Shown: piece by piece, positions 51,241-64,000 of the stretch
How positions within the stretch are numbered: the first letter of the stretch is position 1
How the letters are laid out: every line of letters begins with the position of its first letter
Origin: Gnetum montanum
Taxonomy: Eukaryota; Plantae; Gnetophyta
NCBI GenBank assembly: GCA_015680685.1
Contig: MNCI01000691.1
Location: 245,148-309,147, forward strand
Direction: 5' to 3'
DNA: 64,000 bases
The notes under the pieces: generated by a model
What the model was told of the DNA's origin: nothing
Databases searched by the model: none
What the model saw: only the letters and a program-made list of their open reading frames with translations
Position numbers and translations under genes: made by a program

Positions 51241-54200
51241 TTTATTGATGAGTTGCGAAGTATTCACCTCCTACGGATAACCAAACTATAAATGATGGGA
51301 CAAAAGCGTAAGTATGATAGAATGGACAAAAAAAGCTCAGATCTTAGGCAAAATATAGCTTTGTAGGATGGAATTGAGCCTCTAGATGATTAGGTGATGG
51401 ATGAAGAAGCCGTAGATGTGATCTAGAGTCAATTTTGGATCAAAACAGGGCTTTTTTGACGGAGATTCTTGTCATTAACAAGGGAGCTGAAAAAATTCTA
51501 ACTCTTGAAAGTGCTACATAAGCCTAAAAATTATATCTCTGGAAGTGACATTGAAGGTGCAAAAGGTGTTGAAGATGGTTGAGCACATGGGAGCTACAGT
51601 GGTGAAAAGCACTTGTCCTTTTGATCACTCAAAATTGGAAAAGTCGTCCCAAATCTCAAAAGATTTGACCTCAAACTTGTGTTTTGAGCTTGTATTTATA
51701 GGCCTAATGTCACCAAATTTAACTTAGGGTTCCTAAAATTGAACTGGACGTGAAGTGTAACTTATCATTGAGTTTGAAAATAGCAAGTTTAGTATTTGGT
51801 TTTAGTGAATGTGGCAACTTGTAAATGTGATCCAAAATTGATGTTGACACTGACACTAACATCAGTGTTAATGCTAATGCTAACATTCATGCAATGTCAA
51901 CATCAATTCCTAGAGTTATAAAAAAAGTTTGACAATTTTTCCAACTAAAAATTCTAACTCTAGAAAGGCCAAAATTGACCTTGAAATATGCTAGGATGGT
52001 AATTTTGAAGTGTTGAGAGATCCATAGACTAGTGGAAAGATATTGATGAGTTGTCATTTGGGGCGACCGAGATATCACATATGCGATATCGTGGCCTATC
52101 TCCTCATCTATAAATAAGAGGTAGATAGATGAGTTAGAACACATTAGTAATTATAAGTTTAGTTTTCAGTTTAAGTGTTTTCATTTCCTTCTCTCCCTTT
52201 TCCTCTCCGTGCATGCCTGTAGTGTGATGAATGTAATTGTACAACATCCTTTATTCAAGTGTGACGTACTTGGACACGCACATGATCGAAAATAAAGATC
52301 AAGATTACTTCATCATTGTAGCATTTACTTAGCTTAATTATTTAATTAATTGTTATTTACTGCTTTCTTAGTTAATCTCTCTCACCCTTATCTCATGTTA
52401 AAACGTGGAATGAGTACGACTTGATTACGAGCATTTAAGTGTGACTACTTGGTAACCTAGTAGCGTACCTAGGATCTGCACTTGGTAATCCCAGTAGTAG
52501 TTATGCATGAAGTCCAAGATGTGTATGGATAATCAAGGAACGAATGCTCATCACACTCAGGCTAGTTTAGGCTCTCTCTTACCCTTTCTCTCCTAGCTTA
52601 GTTAATATTACTTTCCATTGCCTTCAGGAGTAGCATTAGATTAGAAACCCATCATACACCTCACTCTGGACTAAACCATACAGGACAAAGTTAATACTAG
52701 TCTAGGTGGGAAGACAACAAACTGCGACCTAAGGCTAACTATCTAGATGCCACAACTAGTCCATCTACGAAGTTCAACCGGATCGCACGTGTAACGCTTG
52801 TATTCATATTGTTGAGTGTAGGGGTACCTTGCCACTCATCATTGGCATCGTTGTTGGGGACGGTGCTAGTTATCTAGATTAGTTATATCATACAAGGTCA
52901 CTGTAAAGGACTTAACGATATACCTTTTAGAAAAAAATAATTATAAAAAGTGACATCTAAACTTACACACAATCATGCTTCTCCTACAAGATTGCGATAA
53001 TGCCACACTTAGTGAGGAATCTATTATACCACATTACTATTCTCCACAATACTATCAGCCCATGCCCTCAACACAACCACCACCTTGTACACCTTACACT
53101 TCTCCTAATTTTCAACATTCTCATCCTTTCCCTCCTTCTACATTGCCACCAACTGTTTCTANATGTTAGAGGATGCAGTGGCCTTGGAATTGTGTTGTCC
53201 CTTCTTACGNCACCCTTATCTTTGAATCCAATGCCTCATGTTACTTCATCCGGGCCACCAACTAACACTCCAACAACCATACGGCCCAATGAACACAACC
53301 ATGGAAGGCATCATCCCGATCCTTACATACCATCTAATGGTCCCAAATATCATAGTGGGTCAACTCATTATCCAGGAGCTACATCGCATAAATTTTCCCA
53401 CTATGCTTATTACAATCAAGTGTGTGAACCCCGATGGGATACGTATGACCAAGTTCCAATATTTCCAACATGCAAGGATCCTCAACCTTCATTTATTAAT
53501 CCTTTCCATGCTCAACCGTTTAGTTATGGGGGATATCCCCCATTGCAATAACAAGTAGGATTAATAACCACTTTTTATTTTCTTTGATTTTACAATTTTT
53601 TGTTTTACAGTTTTTCATTTTTCAATTTCTTGTTTTATCTTTTTATCTTTTCATCTGTTTATGTTTTTTATAAGTAATCTTGTCTATGAATAAAACACTC
53701 ATGTGGCTCGTTGGTTGAGGTGTGTTCTATGTTATCGAGTCTCGAGTGGTCAATTATTTGGACAGCGATCCCATTACACCTACTCATTCATTCTACAAAT
53801 AAGAGGTTCTGTTCAAGGGTATAGTGATATTCTTGACATTTTTAAAACTTAAAATTAATTTTGTGTTCATTGTACCTAGAATCAAGAAGGATGGACCAAG
53901 AGGAAATTATTAGGGTGTGACGTCAACGGGACTTGCGAATTCTCTTTGGTGACGTCTGTGGGAGTTATCGTGCAACGCCGTTGTACTAAGATCCTTGTAG
54001 ATCTAATGAAAAATGGGAGTAAGAGTAATTAAAAGGGCACTCAAAAATCCAATGCTATTCTAGGGGGTCCCACTGGAAATACATGCACCCATGCTTGAAG
54101 GTTGGCGGCTTCTCTGGATTCAGTAAAGTTAAAAAAAAAAAAAACAAAGTGCCACAAAACAAAAATCACTCCTCCCTTGAACAAAATGCCAAGCGATTGT

Positions 54201-54917
54201 ACGCCCTGTTGTTATGGTACTCTCATAGTTGCTCATCATGGGATGAAACAATGCGATGTCATTGATTAGAGGAATGGACTTGGTCCTGATCTTGGAACAA
54301 CAGGTCAGTGACACCTTAATCATGCTTTACACGCAGGATTCACTGTGCCTTGGGTCAGTTACATCATGTCCCAATCTCTACAATCCCTTTCTATAGTTCG
54401 TCTCATCTCACTGTTCTTGTAATTGTAACTCGTGTCCCATGTAGTGTAGAATTCTTACCTCATTCAGGTGATATTTACATGTGTGTGTTTTGTGGAATTA
54501 GTGCGGATTACAACTAACCCTTTTAGTGCCCATGGACACATTAAGTGTGGTTACACAAGGGCATTATAGGTTGAAACCTACTTTGGGGAGGATCCACTTG
54601 TGTAATCTTTTGTAATCTTCACTTATGACATAGCTCACACCCATCATTTTTTACCCTCAGCCTATTTTTCATAACATTCTTTCCCTACTACTATCCCTCT
54701 GAATAAGAATGTTCCTATGTACCATTACATAGCCTTTTTCTCCCATCTGAGGTTTTAGTGATAAAATCCACACCATCATAATTATTCGTGTCTTCCAAAC
54801 CATCTAATTACCCGAGAATTCCTTACTAATATCTCAATGTCCTAAGTTACACCGTTGATTCCAAGAAAAATCTTTAAAAATTTGGTATTTTATTGTGGTG
54901 CCCAATGTCACTAGGGC

Positions 54918-54995
54918 TGTGATATTGCGTAAGAAATATCGTGTACGCGATGTATTGTACGCAATATCGTGTTCCTCCAAACCTATAAATAGGCA
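54918..54995 (+). promoter_or_regulatory. Putative internal promoter: GATATCG-type repeats plus TATA box upstream of the env-like ORF
   Basis: GTGATATTGCG..AATATCGTGTACGCGATGTA..GCAATATCGTG..CCTATAAATAGG (TATA 54984-54991) mirrors the LTR U3 layout at 58434-58530. Confidence 0.6.
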
Positions 54996-55473
54996 ACCCC
55001 CCCTCCCCGCAACACTTACCATCATTTCTTGCCATTCATGCAAGGGAGTTTTTCAAATTTTTCTCTACGACTTGCGAGTGTGACACCTTTGCTTTTCAAC
55101 CTCTATCTCACTCATTAGTAGTCTGATTTTAATTTTGTTTGAACCTGCTTAAACTCGGAGTGTTCAGCTTAGTCATGGGGGAGGGACACCTACCGAATAA
55201 CACCTAACCTTTTTGGAATTTATCATCCCCCAAAGGACATTGTTAAGGGTAATTAGTTGTAAATTAAGAATAAAATGTGTCAAAAAATCATTTAATCTTT
55301 TAGGTACACCAGGAAATTAAAATTAAAAAACCACCTAAGTAAAAAGGACCCATTATTACAATCTTTCAGGCAATATCACACGAAGATAAACAAATCAATT
55401 AATTAAGGCAAGTAGTAAGGTATAACTTAAATTCAAAAATAACCTTACTAATGCTTGGCCCATGTGATTGTAG

Positions 55474-58250
55474 ATGGCCCTGAAACGTGGACAACAAGAA
55501 GGTCCTACTCAAGGTGGAAGCAAGCTATTTCGGAGAGGTGGAAGACAAGATCCTACCAGACAACATACAGAACAGGAGGAACAATCATTCAGCATTCATC
55601 AAGAGGATCCTCCTACCATACAATCTAGGCAGGTAGAAGGAGAAGCTGCTACAATGCCTGAACAGGAACGACATCTCACATTGCCCCAAGATTGTGTTCA
55701 GGCCATCCATGAAAATTCCACATTTGCTGTGGTGATTGTGGAATTGAACTTTGAATCTTTTGCAGAGTTCTCTCCTAAGGCTATTAGGGATCACCTCAAA
55801 AGGTCTCCCTTATGGCCTATCCTCTCTGAAAGCAATGCCTAATACCTAGGAGAGATGCACCAATTCTGGCACAATAGGGAGCAAGGCACCATTGTCAATA
55901 TTTGTGGTGTGATAGTTGATTTCTCCATGCAAGCCATTTCAGAAATGTTAAACCTTCCAAATACAGGGCCCAAAGTTGCTTAGTTATCCACCTGTTTAGA
56001 CCCCAATGTGTGATGGGATTGGTTGGAAAGGGCTTATGACAGAGATAAAACATTTGGTGAGTTGGCGATGGAAGAGAGGATCTACTTTAAAATTGGAACA
56101 TAGCATATCTTCCCCACGAAGGGCTTACAAAGAATATCAACGTATGCAGCTAGAGGATGTGCAGTGTTGATGGGAAAGGTTAACGCTAACTTGCCCCATC
56201 TATATTTAACGAAGATCCTAAGGCGATTCGAGGAACGGAAGATAGGGAAGATGGCACTGCCCTTCCCTTGTCTTATCAAAAAACTTTGCCGACGTGCTGG
56301 TATTCAGGTGTACACCAATGATGTGCTTCGAAAAGCCCAGACTGCTTCATATGCTGAATTGCTAAAGTCACCAGCTCCAAGAAAAATCACTGGCTAGACG
56401 CTGTGACCAGAAGAAGAAGAAGAGCAGATGGCTGGACCAACTGCAACTCAACTTGCAGGACCCAACCAACCTCCAAGCATAGGTCCCAGCCAACAATAGG
56501 AAGCAGGGCCCAGCATAGGCCAGGATCAGCCGCTGCCGCTGCAAGACTGTAGACCGTCGATGAGCCATCTCAGGGCCATCACTGAGATGGTCAGTTGGGA
56601 AAGTCGTGATGACGCAAACCTCTTCCGTGTCATCGATGATGCCATTCAGCCCATAGTTTCTATGGAATGCACAAGGGGTGAAGTATCTATTCACATAGGA
56701 GGAGGGGAAAGTAGATGGTCATAATAGATTTCAGAAAATGTGGCATCTTTTCAGGTGCAATTAGAGACTGGTGAAGGGGCCACTGTGGTGGTCATGCAAC
56801 ACTAGGATGCCACAGGAGCTACAAACATGGTCATAGACTACATCAAAGAATCATTCAATGTACTTGTTGTGCCACTGACAGATCTCACAAGAGCATAGGA
56901 TGCTCAAACTCTGGCTGGAACCTCAATGACTCCTGCGAAACATGAGGATGCGCTTGATCGATTGCTCAAAACAGGGCGAGTAATGATGTTCCTATTTGAC
57001 ATCCCTCAGGATGTTACAAAAATTTAGTTAGACCTCATTTTTACAAAGGGGAAGCTAGTCTTAAAAGAAGTGAGGGCTGAGCATGTGGAAGCAAAAGTGC
57101 AAAAAATACAAGAGCAGCTCGTGGCCCTACAAGCAGCACAGCGGGACCCTTTGTAATTCGTTCTCGCAGACCAGTTAGATAATTTTAGAATTGAGCAACT
57201 AACTAAGCTAATAGAAGAGAATAAAAAGATGGCTGATGAAAAAGAGAAGGCTGTTTGGGATGCCTTTGCAGCATAGGCACAAACTCATGTGCATCTTAAT
57301 GCACTCAACTCCTTACAAAAGGAGAAAAAGCAGCTTGCGACTAACAATTGGTCGACCACTATAGAGAAGTAGAAGAACGTTCTTAAGGAACACTTTTATC
57401 AATTGTGAGAACAATTCATCTGGATCAACCAAGACATAAGTCATTTAGCCAAGGAGAACCGAACCCTCTCAATGGAGGAGGTACGTGCAATTCGTCAAAA
57501 GACAGCCATAGAAATAAGCACGTGGCAAAATGAGGCTAAACGACATGAGAAGCTAAAGGAGCACTTTCAAGATCAAGTGGGGATGTACAAACAAATCCTT
57601 GAGAAGGAGATCCATATGGCCAAGGCCCACATCAATGCTATTAGTGCTCAACACATTGACTGGCGGGCCATATTGGACACATATGCCTTTGCCCACCAAG
57701 TGGAAGTTAAGAATCGAGACCTGCAGATTCAGGATCTGACATAATACATGGAGTTGGCAAACCTACAATATGCCAACCTTGCCATGTTAACAGAAGGGTA
57801 CCTGAGGACAGAGCTTGAGAAGCAGGTAGCAACCACCTATGTTAAATACGAATTAGAATTTGTCGAATGTAAGAAGTTGTTGGAAAAATTGGAGGTCACA
57901 AATTCTGAACTTGAGGTGGTAAAAGCAAGCTACCAAGCCAGAAGGGTGTCATAGTAGATTTGGCTCAATGGCTAATAGATTTTCAAGAGTACAAGGATAA
58001 AGCTAGAGCCTTCAAAGAGGAACATCACATATTTGTGGCTTGGTATGTCAAAGCCAATAAAATGTTTCCACAACTACCTTATTCGTGGGAAGTGCCGACT
58101 TTGTCAAACATCGAAACATTAGCATGGACGGCATAAGATCCTTAGACCAAAGAGGAGAAGCTCTAGGCCATACTTCAATGTCATCAAGCCTCAAAACCTG
58201 GAGCACAAGACAAAGGGAAAGCACCAATGGAGGAGCCACTGCCACTTGGA
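55474..58250 (+). pseudogene. Athila env-like/ORF2 protein (putative plant transposon protein domain plus long coiled coil), decayed
   Basis: ATG directly after TTGTAG. GKVNANLPHL...ALPFPCLIKKLCRRAGI fits the LPFP.LI..LC..AGV motif. Heptad-rich E/K/Q/L segment at ~57000-58000. In-frame stops. Confidence 0.75.
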
Positions 58251-60869
58251 ACTACATGAGTTCCACAATTTTGTAGTTGTAGCACATTCTTCGTGTTGTG
58301 TCTTTGTTTTGTTTTCATCCCACATTGTGGCATAATCCCATTTTTCCCATCTAATAATCCCATACCTATCCACTATGTAATCATTGTAACTTGAGGATGA
58401 GTTTTCATTCAGTCGTGGGGGTATGGGGTGACTGCGATATCGTGTACACAATATCGCGGTCGCGATATCATAGTCCAACTCGTGATATCGCATACACAAT
58501 ATCGCGGCCTATCTCCTCATCTATAAATAAGAGGTAGACAAATGATTTAGAACACATTAGGAATTAGAATTTTAGTTTTTAGTTTAAGTGTTTTCATTTC
58601 CTTCTCTCTCCGTGCATGCCTACAGTGTGATGAATGTAATTGTATGGCATCCTTTATTTGAGTGTGATTTACTTGGACATGCACATGACTGGAAATAAAG
58701 ATCGAGATTACTTCATCATTGTAGCATTCACTTAGCTTAATTATTTAATTAATTGTGATTTACTTCTTTCTTAGTTAATCTCTCTCACCCTTATCTCATG
58801 TTAAAACACGGAATGAGTACGACTTGATTACGAGCATTTAAGTGTGACTACTTGGTAACCCAGTAGCATACCTAGGATCTACGCTTGGTAATCCCAGTAG
58901 TAGTCATGCATGAAGTCCAAGATGTGTATGGATAATCAAGGAACAGATGCTCATCACACTTAGGCTAGTTTAGGCTCTCTCTTACCCTTTCTCTCCTGGC
59001 TTAGTTAATATTACTTTCCATTGCCTTCAGAAGTAACATTAGATTAGAAACCCATCATACACCTCACTCTAGACTAAACCATATGTGAAAAATCTAATAC
59101 TAGTCTAGGTGGGAAGACAGTGAACTGCGACCTAAGGCTAACTATCTATATGCCACAACTAGTCCGTCTGCGGAGTTCGACTGGATCGCGCATGTAATGC
59201 TTGTATTCATATGGTTGAGTGTAGGGGTACCTTGCTACTCATTAGATATGATCCTGATATATGGGATTATTTAAAGATGTTGAGATGAGTTTTGATCTTA
59301 CTAGTGTTCCATGCCTAGCCAAAAATGCTAATTTTCCAAGTTTCAAAAAGCTTGTGGAAAAGTGCAAATTCTGGAAGCCTAGAGTGCAAAAACTACTATT
59401 GATGAGTCATCTTGATTTTGGGGATCCATGGTGCATGTTGAAACATATTTTTGGTGAGATTTTGGAGTTCCAGTGATGGTGATACTAATGTTACACTAAC
59501 ATAGCATTAGCATTAGTTCCAAGAGTTAGAGAAAATTTTGACAATTTTTGGGGTTTTTCCAAAGTTGCTAGAATTGATGCTGAAAAGTTGGGATATGACT
59601 TTGAATTATCGTTGGGGGCTTCTAAAGATCAAAAAAGTGCCTTGAAAGGTTATATTTATGGGCTTTTGTGTTGCGATGTTGAAGAAAACCCAATTTGACA
59701 TATAATCACCTCCAACATTGTGAAAACTTTTGGCCTTCGGGTCCCACAGTCAAATTGCCAAATTTGTTAAATTCAAACTTTGTGATGTTGGGGAAGCGTA
59801 GGATGTACCATTGGTGGTCTTTCATGATGCAAAATATACAGTAGCTGCAACACTTAGAAAAATTTTGGCCTTGGCTTGCTCCAACACTTCGAAAAACTTT
59901 GGTTTTAGAGCTTTTTAGAGATCTTGAAAAATTTAGTCCATAAGTTGGATTATGAACCTAGATGGTTCCTAATGGTCCTCAAGAACTAATAATATGTCTT
60001 GTGATGATGTATTTGGGGGATGTAATGCTCAAGTCCTCATGGAAGGAGCTTCAAACCAGACTTAGTTTCATTTTGAAGCAAAGTGAGAAATTGGGTACAA
60101 TATAACTATCTAGACATCATGCAAGTTTCTTCTATTGATTATGATACTATCACTTATAATGCTTATGTATCATATGATTGGGCATAGGGTCTAGTCCATC
60201 ACTCATCAATTGGAATTTTAATAACTCTTTTTGGTGATTAAATGATTAATGATTTTGGGAAGTGTAAATAAATTTGAATTGTAATATCCATTAGCTTAAA
60301 TTAGCTAGGATTTAAAAGATTTGGACTTATTTCAATGAGTATTTGAGTAATTATTAATTAGTTACTTTTGGGTACTCTAATTCTCCTTGTGGGTACTCTT
60401 AATCCTTTGATATTTCTTTTTGGATAATTATATATTCTACCTTTAGTTCATTTCCATCATGACATCAAAGAAGAAGATAATATAGGCTTTAGCCAAAGAT
60501 ATGGAAGATGAGAAATCCTCTCAAGTACATTTTGAACAAACTTGATAAGATAAAAGAGAACAAATAACATCCTACATCATTAAGGGTATCTAGACGAGAA
60601 TAACTCAAGGACATCTTCACCAAGGACCTCTTCATCAAGGCATTTATCCATGCCACATCTTAAAGATGACATTCCTTTTAAGCATGAAAACTTTAGAAAG
60701 AATAAGAGATAAGAAAATGAGGTTCCTCATACTCCAAGTGTTGAGAACAAGTCTCATGGATTCATGTTTTTAAGAAAATTAAAAGAAGTAATGTACTTAA
60801 AAGCCTCAAAGAAATCCAAGTAAAGGGATTGAACTTACTTTTACTAGAGCATTTAGGCATGCTTCTAGA

Positions 60870-61380
60870 TTGCCCCATGTTGAAGTAAAAAACTTTAATA
60901 TAATGGAAATTATTAAATCTCTTGTTTCATGGCTCAAGTTGTTGAAGAAATATTTTAAGCTTGAAGATATAGAAGATCATCAAAAGATGTGATATGTTGA
61001 GATAAAGCTTGAATATATGACACAAGTTTGGTGGGGCAAAGAGAGTCATGCTTATGTTGTAAGTAATGGAACTCCAAGTAAGAATTGGTCTCTTATGCAA
61101 TTTATGCTCAAGAAAAAATTTGAGAAGACCCAACATAGAAAAGAAATCATCCAAAGGCTGAAATGCAGAAAATGATGTAAGAAAAGTATAAAAACAATAT
61201 TACATGGATTTTTGGAAAGCTTTCCAATAAGGTAAGGTTCATTAGAATGAGTATCAATAGGCTTCAAACTTCCAAGATGTATTGAAGAAGAAATATCAAC
61301 AAAAGCTTACATTTTATAAGCTTCAAACTTTGGATGAGGCTTTTGAGTTAGCTCTTAAGGTTGAAAAAGAACTCCATAGC
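60870..61380 (+). mobile_element. Ty3/Gypsy gag remnant (CRM-like)
   Basis: PHVEVKNFN...LVSWLKLLKKYFKLEDIEDHQKM*YVEIKL and NWSLMQFMLKKKF...EIIQRL fit Retrotrans_gag patterns. Confidence 0.55.
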
Positions 61381-62239
61381 TATAATAGAGGTCCTAAGAT
61401 TTCTAAGGGCAAAGATTCCATCACTTCTAAAATGGATAAAGGAGTCACGTGAGAAAAAAGTTAAAAAATAAGTAAGTCCATCCATTGAATTATTAATCAA
61501 TAAGAGGGCACCCATGAAATAGAAAAACAAAAAATTTGTTTCAAACTTTAAGAAACTAACAATGGTCCTTTAAGTTTGAAATAACATCACTTATGCATTA
61601 AATAGGTAACACTCACTATTTTAAGACTTTTGTAAAGAAATCAGTTTTTGTAGCATAACACGAATATGATGAAAATAACATTTCTCTAAAAATATTATTT
61701 TTTGAAAATATTATTTTAGTTTTATAACATATTGTAGTAATAAAGTTTGATAATTATTGATTCCATGTACATGAAAATTAAATGACCTAATTTGATTATA
61801 GTTTTAACAACAACATTTAGTGAAAAATCCTTATTGTAAACTTTTTGCAGTTGGTTCAAGAAAATTCTTAAATCTATATGATGTTATCCTATTAGTTAAG
61901 AGTCTCAACATAAAAACACAAGGTTGCAAATTCAATTATAATGAGCAAAGCAAGTTATCAACTAGCCATAAATTCTATAAATGTTCATTCTTAAAACTTG
62001 AATTTCAATCAACAAGTAGAATCTCTTGGGGCAAATACTCCATTATTTTGAAATAGCATATCAAATTTAGTTCTATTAAACATTTAAACCTGAAATTTTT
62101 TTTAATTTTAAAATATATTATTTAAAAAATAAAGTACATTATAATAGAAGTACTTTAATATGGGCATTTGCAACAGTGACATTAATAGCAACATGGTTCA
62201 GGAAAAAATTGCAAACAGTGCAGATATCACTCTAACAAA

Positions 62240-62950
62240 TGTTATGGTTATGAGACATTTAGTGGTAATTTGGAAGTTAATTATAAGCCTTGGACTTGGG
62301 ATAATGTGCCTTATGTTTATAGTCTAAGCTTGTTCAATTGTAGTTTTTGTCTCCAAGGTATGCTTCCTTGCCTTTTGTATCATACTTTTTGGTTTTGTGC
62401 ATGTCTTAATCTCCTTACGATGTTTTCAACCTTGTTTGAACACCTTGAGGTCGTTTTGACATGTTCCCTTGGATTTTGGGTCTCATCTAGGATCAACACT
62501 TGGGATCTTGGCAAGGGGATGTGTTGACTCTCTTGCATCAACACACCCCCTACTTGCCAAATTTTGGGTCCAGGTACCAATAGTGTGATATTATTGGCTT
62601 AGGCTGTGTTGATAGACCTTTGTTGATGCCTAGGCATTAATGACCTCCACTGTTACATTGTAAAAACTATAAATACTTGGGATGAGCTCTCACACACATC
62701 TTAGCATACTTAGACATTTTATTTTGGCTTTTGGAATCTAATTTGTGTGAAGACCTCTTTTTCCCTTAGGTAAGTTGATTGTTTTCCCTATTTGTGTGTA
62801 TTTTGAGTCATCACTTTTACAAGTGTGACTAGACCTTGTCAAAGTGCTACCTTGCTAATGTAACTTGAAGCCATTTGGTCAATGTGGAGTCCAATGTTTG
62901 CATAGTGAATAAAGCTCATAGTTTTTCCTTATTCTAACATTGATACCTTC
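62240..62950 (+). repeat. Possible degenerate LTR
   Basis: TGTTAT start, CTATAAATAC near 62667, AATAAA near 62908, ..CTAACA followed by TTGATACC (decayed PBS?). No partner LTR in the window. Confidence 0.3.
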
Positions 62951-64000
62951 AACATTAAAACATTACAAATATTTATTTAATTTCCATTTTATAAGCTATG
63001 ATGATTCATCTTTTTCCAAGGAGGTCATAACTATACATCATGATGTTGGGCCATTGAGGTTGTGACTAATAGCCATTTATTGCTTTTTATGTGTGATATT
63101 GCACTTATCCCATAAGGGATTGTGATGCATGTGTGTTTATTATTGTTTTTGTCTAATATTTATAAAATCCAAAAAAAATCATAAAATATAAAATTATAAA
63201 TATTTTCTATATTATCTACTGTGGCAAGACAACCTTTTCCTTGTATTATATGTATAGTAATATGTTCTATATTTATTGAATGCAATAATATACATGAGTG
63301 TTCTTGGCAATCCACACAATATTATCTTCAAATCTTATGACCAGATCACATTGCATTTTGTATGATAAATTTTATTGGTCAAAATCAATAGGACCTCTAT
63401 CATTGATGTCATTGTCAAGGAAGGTATCAGTGAATTATCTTGAAATACTTGTATATGTATAATGTTTCTTTTTTAAGTTTTTGACTTTGTAGAAAATAAA
63501 GGATCGAAGTAATCATGGCTAAATTAAGTAATAAAAATTGATTAAAGTAACTTGAATTGGTCCAAATCACTTTCAAAAACATCATGAATGAAGGAGCACT
63601 TCCTATCATGATCAAATTTCATTGAGACAAAGTGGGAAGATGACATGATGTGCATGGAAAATTTTGCAAAGAGCCTAGAGAAGCTACATCTACTACCTTT
63701 AAGGAGGCTTTGTCCAATCAGGGCTTTATTGAGAATTTGATAGATTACAAACCATTATCATCCCAATAATCAGAGTATGTTGTTGACAAGGCTTGGGATG
63801 TGTTAAATGAAAAGATGATATCATGTTTTAAGGATTTGAAAAATAAAGTTATTGAAGTAGCTGTAAAGGCAATTACACCACAAGGTAGAAGTGGTCAAAG
63901 TAAAACAAAGAATGAGAGATCTTTTCCTAATCAAATTTCTTATCCTTCTGTCCAATTTGTTAGCCACAACCTCAATAAGGAATGGAACCTAATCTTTGGA

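Larger units (their letters stand above)
52044..59244 (+). mobile_element. Non-autonomous Athila-type element (A3): lacks gag core and pol, retains env-like ORF
   Basis: LTRs 52044-52841 and 58424-59244; PBS TGGCATCGTTGTTGGGGA 52843-52860; PPT AGTCGTGGGGGTA 58411-58423; flanks GATAT (52039-52043, 59245-59249). Only a short Pro-rich gag-like remnant at 52975-53550. Confidence 0.9.

Noticed and set aside
53162-53210. Two N bases
   Set aside because: Assembly ambiguities, not biology.
51246-60208. TGATGAGT...ACTCATCA as a larger LTR hosting A3
   Set aside because: Flanks (TTTAT versus ATTGG) give no TSD; boundaries unsupported.

Overview
AT-rich, transposon-dominated land-plant nuclear DNA; the RTE-X-type LINE and the TE families suggest a gymnosperm or fern (inference). 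No intact host gene was found. Contents: (i) three related Athila-type Ty3/Gypsy elements with tRNA-Asp-type PBS: a decayed gag-pol copy (1-7395, minus), a gag+protease-only copy (33873-40912) and a copy retaining essentially only the env-like ORF behind an internal LTR-like promoter (52044-59244); the latter two both sit in an AGATATG target with a GATAT TSD; (ii) two decayed Ty1/Copia elements (22423-28420 plus, carrying a repeat-rich solo LTR in gag; 29724-42092 minus, TSD TTGTG, hosting the second Athila); (iii) a Tekay chromovirus 3' end, an RTE-X-like LINE fragment and several LTR relics; (iv) a ~3.4-kb nested inverted-repeat element (42903-46270); (v) a mosaic of host-gene fragments at ~15.0-21.3 kb (LRR-XII kinase, LRR, G3BP-like, RPS16, HUB1/HUB2 exons with introns, LRR-III ectodomain), bracketed by candidate minus-strand Helitron termini (A|TCTCTACTA at 28462; hairpin+CTAG|T at 14515). 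All protein assignments come from manual translation and motif recall, not database searches.
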